Below, one piece after another: positions 25,952-34,398 of a stretch of DNA of 34,398 nt. Below the pieces are notes generated by a model, which did not search any database, was not told where the DNA came from, and saw nothing but the letters and a program-made list of their open reading frames with translations. Origin of the DNA: Azolla caroliniana. Taxonomy: Eukaryota; Plantae; Polypodiophyta. Made by a program: the position numbers and the translations under genes. The number at the start of each line of letters is the position of its first letter. Position 1 is the first letter of the stretch. The stretch lies in NCBI GenBank assembly GCA_043228905.1, contig JBHGNT010000330.1:1-34398 (forward strand). Reading direction: 5' to 3'.

Positions 25952-28900
25952 ATGTCTTCAAAGAGAATCGAGCGCGAGGACTCCAGGTAGGCCTCTGACA
26001 CTGTGGACATTTTTGTAAATATGTTTCGTTTCTCAAGAACTCGATACGCCGTATCGAGTTCATGTATACAATACAAACTTTATACATGAACTCAATACGG
26101 CGTATCGAGTTCATAATTTGTTTTTGCTTTTTATACAGGAACTCGATACGCCGCATCGAGTTCCTGTTTAATACCCACACATTAAACAGGAACTCGATAC
26201 GGCGTATCGAGTTCCTGTTTAAAACCTACACTTTAAACAGGAACTCGATACGGCGTATCGAGTTCCTGTTTAAAATTCCAACTTTAAACAGGAACTCGAT
26301 ACGCCGTATCGAGTTCGTGTTTAAAACCTACACTTTAAACACGAACTCGATACGGCGTAACGAGTTCGTGTTTAAAACCTACACTTTAAACACGAACTCG
26401 ATACGGCGTATCGAGTTCCTATATATAAGAAGGTTTTGAGAGAGAAAAATTGTGTTTTTGGGGTAACAAATAATTATGGGGTGGAAAAGATATCTAATTG
26501 TTTGGCAAAATCAGTCTTTTTTATGTTGACTTTCCTTACTTTTAAAAAAAAACATGCTCTAATTATAGGTGTTTTATGACCTACTTTAGCTTAAAATAGT
26601 AGAAAATGATCCACAAATTGCCTTTACGATAGCAAATTCTCTTCAATATAGGTTTAGAATCTATATAAGTCATACCTACTATTTAAAAGAATATATAACC
26701 CTGTTTACTTATTACAATATATATTTTCTAGGTTGAATAGCCCTGCCTATAATAGATTTTTTAATATAGGACTGCTCCTGGGAACTGTTCTTCATTATAA
26801 TATACAACCTTAATCTACGTGACTACCTAACTTATGTTTTTGCATATACTTTCTTAAATAGGTCGTTTGAGAACCTGTCGGACCGACCCGTGAAGAAAAT
26901 AAAGCTTCGCATACAAGGTTCTCCAATCGAAGCCTAGACTAAGGTAGCTCTTGAGACCATAAAGAGAGGAAAAAAGCTTCTATTTAACGAAGAGACAAAA
27001 TCTCAGCCACATAGTGATGTTAGCCAAAAGAAACTTGTCGCCGCTACTGGAGGTGAAGACCTTCCTGACCGAGATCTAACGAACAAGGAATGGTGTATGC
27101 AATATGTTGACTTAAAGAAAAAAGTCGTATTGTATACAACAAAGAAGAAGGGTGAGGAGCAGCTTGGAAAGGAAACCCCATTTATGTATGGCCGTATTCT
27201 ACGATTTGACTACGAAGATGCAGATTCGGCAAACATACTGGTAATGATAGAGTGCTCCAAGGGGGTACGTAAAGTGTTCCTTTCAGAAGACCTTTTAGTA
27301 AAGGAATCTTGTGGGCTAGAAGTGTTCAGAAAAGCACTTGATAGCTCACAAAACCTTATTGTTACCTTGAGGCCTTATATACAAGGCCATGTAACTCTAA
27401 GAGATGAAGTGCCCTCCCCATTGAAGGCCACAAAAAAGGTATCCAAAGTCCAGTCAAGACCAGCAAAGAAGAAGACAACCAAAATGTCGGATACGGATTC
27501 AACAAGTGAAAACGAAGAGGAGGATAATAAGGGGACGCCAGGAGCTGAGCTGGCCTCGGTTGTTTTGTCATCCGAGCAGAATAAAATAAGGAGAGAGTTA
27601 ATGCAACGGAAGCTGGTCAGGAAAGGGCAAGTGTTTAATTTGCCTATAACACATATCCATCGGCCCCCTATTGATGAAAAAACAGGTCGAAGACCACTTG
27701 AGATTAGAGAGCCTCACCGCATGCATGTTCAAAATCTCAAGAAAAAAATGAAAATTAATCCTCATGCCACTGTGGTGCCTTTTATTGTTATGGTAGATCC
27801 TGAAGAATGTGAAACCATTGAAGATTTTGATATTATAAAGCATGATCAATATAATTATTTTGTCATTGGTGGATCGCATTCAGCAGAGGCACGTCGGCAA
27901 CTTGTGAGAGAACATCCAACCACTTTCTTCTTCAAGTATGCCGAGTGCAAAATTTATGTTGGGCTCACAACCGAAGAGGCTAAGCTGTTGGCATGGGACC
28001 ATAATAATGATAATGACTATAGGCAGAAAATGTCGTCCATTGAGCGTATACGGTTCTTCCACCACGAGTATTTAGATGTGAAACAAAAGTTTGGTGTGAA
28101 GTTACATCCAGGCCTTCGACGTCAATGTCTGCATGAAGTCGGCATTGTGGTAGATGATAATGTTAGGTCCGATGGTCTTCGAAAGTATGAGTCTTGGTTT
28201 CAATTGGCGTTTAGAGATGGAGAAGTATGGGACCTACAAGATCAAATCTTCTCAATGTGGGAGAATAAGGAGGTAAAGGGTCAACGACAAAAGAAATGTA
28301 GGGTTGACCCTCAACTAGAGTTAAAGTCACAAGCCGCCAAGAAAATTGACTTGACAATTGAAGAAGCGGTAGATGACATGAAGCTGTCTCTATGGAGAGC
28401 GATGCAAGGTATTAAGGACGAGCAGCTTCTTGTGTCGGTTTTGTCAAGGGTTGTGGCGAAAGATTTAAGCCTTGAAGAAATGGTCACTGAGTTCAATAAG
28501 TAAGTCTTTCAAATACTGAAATTGTAGTCTATCTGGTGTAATTCAAAGTTCTAATCTTGATTTCTAATTTTACAGTCATAAGGTGTACATGAAGATCCAA
28601 GAAGTTATGATGAAACAACTTGGATGTATAGCTTGGGAACAAGTGACCGAGGATTATCCTCTAACGTCTTCATATAAGGCGTTATCAGAGTATTTTATTG
28701 CATTCAAGGATTGGGTTAGTATTCATGTTTTCTCATTACCCTTTCATCATATGTAGAGCTTGTATAATAATACCTGATGTCCTATTGCTTCTATTAGAAA
28801 CCGTGTCGAGGCAAGAAACAAGGAGAAGTTAAGGATATACACGATTTCCCTACATCCTTCCTTGCACATCTCGAGCGAGCCAGAAAAGAAAAGGATCGTC

Positions 28901-30086
28901 GCTTAGTCAAGGCGTACGAAATGGAGGAAGATGGCTCGTTAAAAAAATTTAGCCACAAAAAAGATATTACGAGAGATCTTTACTACAATGTGGTTTGCGG
29001 TGATGTCATCGACTTGATCCAGAAGGTGCCAAAGAAGGAATATACGCTAATGATTGCGGATATTCCTTACGGATTTCGAATGGCTAGGTCATCATACGAC
29101 GATGAACCGTTTAGGTTTAAACAATTGGAGAAGATGGTCAAGGATTTCGCTGAGCTAACGACCGCATCCTTGTGGCGAATAGTTGTCTTTCATAGTATGG
29201 ACCAAGGGTACTCGATAGCTCAAGCTTTGAGATCTCGTTGCCATGGCATCGAGAACCTTGCATGGTAAGGATTATTTATAGGTGTCTTTCACTATATTGC
29301 ATTTCTTAAGGTTGTTGAATCTATTCTTAACTCGATGAAATATTTTTTATAGGATCAAGACCAATGTAAATAGAGGGCTAACTTTTCGGTTCGTTAATGC
29401 CATTGAATACATAACGGTTGGCTACTTCGATGAAATTAAGAAACAGAGAATCAAAGAGCATTCAATGAAGTGGGAGGTTCAAATCTGTTGGTATATCCAG
29501 CAGTGACTCGGAAATTGTGACATGTCACCACGACAGAACGGGGACTTGTCAACCCATACCAAAAACCTCAACGACTTATGATGCGCTTGATCGAGATGTT
29601 TTCTGTCGAAGGAGACTAGATATTAGATCTCTTTTCTGGCATAGGTATTCCTCAAACTAGGGTAACGATCTTGAGATAACCAATCACTTTTTTTTCGTTT
29701 GACAACTAAATCTTCTTGTTACTTACATCACAGGAACTACGTCAGCATGTGCATTGAAGCTGTTTAGAAATACAGTTGCATTGGAGAAGGACGAGCACCA
29801 AGTTATATTTATTAATATGCGGATTAAGGCTTTGTGGGAGTGCCCAGACCAGGATGAGGAGGTCGGTGCAAAGAACCTCGCCAATACAGAAAGGTTTCAA
29901 CCTGCTTCGCGAGAGCCTATTCCTTCGTTAGCCAGCGAACCGGGGGAGCTAATAGAGCTTGATGATGAGCTTATAGAAGATATTTCATTGGCTCGGCTAA
30001 CAGGGGAAACCAATGCACGTATAGCCGAAGACAGTTCTACACAAGATGATGAAGAAAATGACGTTGATGAATTGATTGCTATGTAA
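25952..30086 (+). pseudogene. Six-exon gene: ParB/Srx-like domain fused to a beta-class N6A/N4C DNA methyltransferase (~974 aa reconstructed). Exons 25952-25986, 26862-28499, 28576-28714, 28798-29264, 29353-29644, 29734-30086.
   Basis: All five introns are GT-AG and phase-compatible. Motifs: VVCGDVIDLIQKVP..LMIADIPY (motif IV), AWIK..AIEYI, NPYQKPQRLMMRLIEMFSVEGD*ILDLFSGIGTT (motifs X and I), RNTVALEKD (motif II). Lesions: TAG 26935, 1-nt frameshift ~29460, TGA 29518, TAG 29617. Confidence 0.85.
26037..26418. repeat. Array of eight 25-bp palindromes GAACTCGATACG(G/C)CGTATCGAGTTC at an exact 51-bp period
   Basis: Copies start at 26037, 26088, 26139, 26190, 26241, 26292, 26343 and 26394. Confidence 0.95.
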
Positions 30087-31098
30087 TAGACTCTATGAAG
30101 AATATGACACTGACGATTTGTTAAGATTTCACATTATTAATACAAATTTTGGGTTTTACCTAGTGGATTCTATTCTTTATAATCTTCTATATGTTTCAAT
30201 TTTATTTTTATATACTTGATTAGTAGATTTATGATATTGGTTTCACCGCATGCATAGCTGACTACCAAACTTATGGAGAAACATGAACTAGTTTAAATGG
30301 AGGCTGATTTTGGTCCAAGCTAACCTTAACAGAACATGGTCTTATAATTGTTGCCATGACTGTCCATGTTGTTATTATGGATCTTTGTCTTCTATTGTTA
30401 AAACTATTATGTTTCTATTCCATTGCTGCTTAGATTGTGTAGTGTGTTGATAATGGTTCCAGTTGCGTTATCGTTCGGAGTTTGATCTTGTGTGAATCAC
30501 CTAAGCAATAGAGTAGATCAATTTTAAATACAGGTATGAAAGCCTAATAGGTTTGTTATTTCCACGACATTATCCTAAAGTTCACTGCCTTACATTGTGC
30601 ACAATTATATACACATATGGTTTGATCCCATATGAACAAATTGAGGAATAGATTAGATCAACTTTAAATACAAGTATTGAATACTTTAATAAGTTAGTTA
30701 TTCCAATCACTTATCCTAATGTGCACTATCCTACATTTTCCACAATTACATACATGCACGTATGGGTCAAAGTATAAATTATATCTCATTTTATTAGTAT
30801 GGATACAAGTACACCTCATATTTTTGTAAAACTTACCTAATTAATATAAGTCTTTAAGTTAGTGTTTCCCTTGTCACACAGTAGTGACATATTGAGCCAT
30901 AGTTGAACTTTATTATGCCTACATTAACTTATCAACATGTCTAAACTTGCATGATTTCTAATGATCTCCACTCGTAGATCTATCATGTATTTTTATATTT
31001 GCAAATTCTCATCAAGTTGAGGAACATGTGATACTAGTGCATCCAATTTTTGTAGAGAGGGTGTATTTGCTTCGTTTTAAGAAGATTCTACAAGTGGA

Positions 31099-31134
31099 AT
31101 GCGCAATCCTTCCACTTGTGAACGCGAATGTGTT
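31099..31134 (-). repeat. Right TIR of the DNA transposon
   Basis: ATGCGCAATCCTTCCACTTGTGAACGCGAATGTGTT followed by TSD TTAG. Confidence 0.93.
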
Positions 31135-33266
31135 TTAGCTCGAACCGTCAGGAATTGAACGGATCTTTTACTATCAAGACTCTTGACGCGCGCGAAGGCT
31201 GCTCCATTATCGAACACCTTGGTCTCCATCCGGGACGATGTTATATATGGTTGTCCTAGGATGACGGGATGTGAAGCCGAGTCTTGCACGAAGAAGTGTT
31301 GATCAATCTCTACATCCCCGATCGTGACTTTAACGTTGGGGCAAGCTCCGTACAAGTCCTCCGTAGCCTTCGTCGCCGCTCGAATCTTCCATCCGTGGTT
31401 TGTATTAATCGGCCATCTTCCTTTCTTATAGAACTCGGTCGACATGAGGTTGATCTCAGAGCCATGGTCAATCAAAGCGACCACGGTCTCTTTCTTCTCC
31501 CCGATCTTCACCGGTGTCTCCGTTGTCGCTCTTGCCCAATGAGGCCGCGAGTAATGGCTATCCGCCACCACTTCTTCTTCTTCCTCCTCTTCCAATCTTG
31601 CCATGGTTATGGCACTTGTTTTGACCTCCTCTTCATCAGATTGTTGTCGCTTCCTCTTAATAAGGTCCACGATAGTATCATGGAACTCCTTCTTCGCGAT
31701 CCCAAGTAGCTCTCTCAAGGTAAGGTCAACATGACTATCTAAAACCTTCTCCTCAAGGACCTTCCGCAAGTTAGTTGTTTGTTCTATGTCCGACCTTAGC
31801 TTGTAAGTCGGCGCCGCTCGTTCTTTTCCTTTCTTCGTTGATTCTTCGACTTCCATCCGAGCAGGTTGGCTCGATCCACCGGGCTTCATGTTTGTTTCAC
31901 CAATCTCTTTTCTTGGGATAGGTTGGGGTGGCCCTTCTTTCCCTCCGTTCCTCGTGTTAGGTCGCTTTGATGTGCCATCTTCTTCACCAGTTCTCTTCCT
32001 CTTCTCTTCGACAAGGGCTTCATAAGTGTCACACACAACCTCTGCAAAGCTTGTGTTTTCGTCGATTGGATCTGACCATCCGGTTGCTCGTCGCACGTTT
32101 CGGTCAGCAAGTTTTAGATCCTCCGAATTGATTTTGCCTTTTTCTTCGCACTAGAAGACCGTTGGCCAAAACCCAGCTCCTGGCTTGATCATTTTAAGAT
32201 TCTCTTTTCCAACTCATATCCCAGTCGAAGCGGCATAGTGCATAGCCTCCACATGCCTTGCATCTTCTTCTTCTACAATCTTTTTCAGCCCACCTCTTCC
32301 GAAGTTCACTCGTAGTGGCTTCCGGGTCTCGCTTGAGTGAATCATGTTGCCGTCCAAATAGACAACATTCTTGCGGATCGCATCTTGCAAGTCAGCACAT
32401 TCCCTTCGTGAGTGTTCAAAGCTATCACACCACACACATCTATACGCTTCTTTTCCCTTGGGCCCGCGTCGACCTAAGTTGGCTAGCGATACCGCTTCAA
32501 ACTTCTTGGAGAGCTCTTCGATTATAGACTCCTCCATTGCTTTCTTGTCGAAATTGTTGATCGGCTTACTAGGGTCAATCGTTGTAGGTGCCTTCTTCCA
32601 CAATTGTGGATTCTCGACCTCAGCTTCCTCTTGCCATTGTCGCCGCTTATCAAAACGGCTGCAAGCCTTCTTCACCGCCGCCCAATCCGCTACCAAACCA
32701 TTTGGTTGTGTTTCATCCTCCAAGAAACTACCCAATTCTCACCGATCTTTCGCATCCATTGCCTTTAGGAATAGCAAGACTTTATCTCCGTCGAGAACTC
32801 GTTGCTTGACACTCGGAAGTCGGTTGTACTTCTGGTCGAATTCGGCATAAATTCCCGATGCACACAGATTCTTCCCTTTCTTCTCGATCCAATTCATTAA
32901 CGCATGCCGAGTCATCCGCGATGCGTCTTCAAGCATGTATTCAATGAGAAGAGCCCTTTCGAACTCCGCCCAAGTTGCATGCTCATTTTGGATCTCCATC
33001 ACGCGCTCACGGATCCCAGGTTCTACCACTCGCTTAAAGCTTGAAATTTGTTTTGGATCATGGACATCTCTTTGTTGCATCTCATTCTGGTAGGTAGCAA
33101 GGAAATTTGCGATGTTCTTCCAACCAAATCTTGCAACTGTCTCCACAGTTCGGTCAACAGCTTTGTCGACTAAAGCCTCCCGATCTCTCTCTTTCAGCAT
33201 GAATTCGACAACGGACACCATGCCTTTCGTCAATTCTTCTCCTTGAGTTCCACTTGTCGAAGCCAT
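31135..33266 (-). pseudogene. Gypsy D gag and aspartic protease (last codons at 21928-21876, on the far side of the DNA transposon)
   Basis: ATG at 33266; zinc knuckle CVWCDSFEHSRREC; protease ALIDHGSEINLM..VILGQPY; several premature stops. Confidence 0.88.
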
Positions 33267-33297
33267 CTTCGTACTTGATATCCTCCTACTGCCTCGT

Positions 33298-33315
33298 TTC
33301 ACGTCGGGTTCACCA
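33298..33315 (-). other. Primer-binding site complementary to tRNA-Trp
   Basis: The plus strand reads TTCACGTCGGGTTCACCA, matching the 3' end of plant cytosolic tRNA-Trp as recalled; 4 nt from the LTR. Confidence 0.85.
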
Positions 33316-33319
33316 AAGA

Positions 33320-34398
33320 TGTCGTGAAAATGCGACGGGGATACGTGAACGTTGAGGCAAGACCCCGGGGCCTTTGTCTAGAGGATATCAAATTCGTGTA
33401 TTTATATACTAAGAATTAACCGAAATGAGAAAGATCAACAAATTTCATTAATAAAAGGGAAAGAAAGATTACAATCAATCCCAAGATTGGGATTACAAAA
33501 GTTTTATCTTATGGAGATGATTAGAATATTAGATTAGAGGAAATAAGAGATTATGATTCTTGAGTGATATGGTTTTGACAAGGAATTTTGAGAGATTACT
33601 TCCGTATGGATATTATGGTTTACTTGAGCGATAACTTCCGTAGGGAAGATTAGGGTTCTTGGCTTCGATAAGATAAGAGAGCTCCCAAAGAAAAGAATAG
33701 AAAATTAAGATAACATGAAGAGTCCTCGTGTCGAAAAAAAAACTGGAATAAATATGGAGTTCTCTCTTGATCATAGCCTTTTCACTTTTTGTTGCATGGC
33801 CTCTACTTTTAGTTGCCTAGCTTTTTCTTTTGGTTGCATGTGACTGTCCACATGACCTTTACTTTTTCCATGCACTCCCTTCTTTAGTTACTTGCGTCCA
33901 CATGGCCTTTACTTTAGTTCTCTTCACTTTACTTTAGTTTGTTGCATGATCCAATCTTTCGTCCGTCCGCGTCCAACATCGTCCGATAGCCGGTTCCATT
34001 TTGCTTGCCAGTCGGTTCCGGTTCCGATTTTGCTTGCCGGTCGGTTCCGGTTTGCTTGCCGGTTTCGGTTCCGGTTTTGCTTGCCGGCCGGTTCCGGTTT
34101 GCTTGCCGGTTCCGATTCCGATTTTGCTTGCTGGCCGGTTCCAGTTTGCTTGCCGGTTCCGATTCCGGTTTTTCTTGCCGGCCGGTTCCGGTTTTGCTTA
34201 CCGACCGGTTTCGGTTTTGCATACCGGCCGGTTTCCGGATTGCATACCGGCCCGTTTCCGAATTTGCTTACCGGCCCGTTTCCGGATTTGCTTATCGGCC
34301 AGTTTCCGGTTTTAGGGAATTTGGCCACCATCATCCATCAAGACAAAGTGGCCAAAGTGCTCTTAGCACAAATGAAAAATGAGGGAGCTCAAGGTGTT
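33320..34398 (-). repeat. 5' LTR of Gypsy D (truncated by the window end)
   Basis: Direct repeat of the sequence from 17146 onward; roughly 8 substitutions in the first ~670 bp; minisatellite 76 bp longer. Confidence 0.93.

Larger units (their letters stand above)
21929..31134. mobile_element. 9206-bp TIR DNA transposon (Sola-like) carrying a transposase and a ParB-methyltransferase cargo gene
   Basis: 36-bp TIRs (33/36 match); 4-bp TSD TTAG (21925-21928, 31135-31138). Removing it restores the Gypsy gag-pro frame QFLTVRANHERNRDSLGGESSDF*. Confidence 0.93.
17146..34398 (-). mobile_element. Ty3/Gypsy LTR retrotransposon D, non-chromoviral (possibly Phygy-like); 5' LTR truncated by the window end
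   Basis: LTR pair 17146-18375 and 33320-end; tRNA-Trp PBS; PPT; gag-PR-RT-RH-INT order; no chromodomain after the GPY motif. Lineage assignment is inference. Confidence 0.93.

Noticed and set aside
26037-26418. CRISPR array (25-bp palindromic repeats with constant-length spacers)
   Set aside because: The spacers are related to one another (two consecutive ones are identical) and self-complementary. No cas genes are present, and the array lies in a spliceosomal intron.
26062-26439. ORF with RNSIRRIEF repeats, and the antisense ORF 25818-26180
   Set aside because: By-product of a 51-bp (multiple of 3) palindromic repeat that is open on both strands
25952-30086. Bacterial contamination or prophage as the source of the MTase
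   Set aside because: The gene has five phase-compatible GT-AG introns and sits within TIRs nested in a plant retrotransposon with a clean TSD
30507-30755. Diverged ~110-bp direct duplication in the transposon 3' region
   Set aside because: Real but degenerate, with no evident function
21929-31134. CACTA, hAT, Mutator, PIF/Harbinger or piggyBac assignment
   Set aside because: The termini are AACAC rather than CACTA, and the TSD is 4-bp TTAG, not TTAA or 3, 8 or 9 bp. The DGMDQ / LDN..ENKN / GHTH..D motifs fit Sola-like enzymes better. The Sola subgroup was not determined.

Overview
Eukaryotic, transposon-dense DNA, most likely from a non-seed land plant (inferred from the LTR lineages, GT-AG introns and plant-type tRNA primer sites). 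Bases 1-7455 are AT-rich non-coding DNA with local tandem duplications and no recognisable gene. The rest is a nest of decayed mobile elements. (A) A Ty1/Copia element on the minus strand (3' LTR 7456-8171) is interrupted by (B) a complete Ty1/Copia element on the plus strand (10706-16907, TSD GTGTG) and by (D) a non-chromoviral Ty3/Gypsy element on the minus strand (17146 to beyond the window end). B contains (C) a Gypsy-type solo LTR (11676-12464, TSD GCGT) with a tRNA-like A-box/B-box. D has a tRNA-Trp PBS and a -1 frameshift/pseudoknot signal between protease and RT. Inserted in D is (E) a 9.2-kb cut-and-paste DNA transposon (21929-31134; 36-bp TIRs, TSD TTAG) with a Sola-like DDD transposase on the minus strand. 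The main finding is that E carries a second, divergently transcribed six-exon gene (25952-30086). It encodes a ParB/Srx-like domain fused to a bacterial/phage-type beta-class N6-adenine/N4-cytosine DNA methyltransferase (DIPY ... NPYQKP ... LDLFSGIGTT). Its first intron holds eight 25-bp CpG-rich palindromes at an exact 51-bp period. This looks like a transposon-borne DNA-modification module with a candidate cis array. Both genes in this copy are disrupted.
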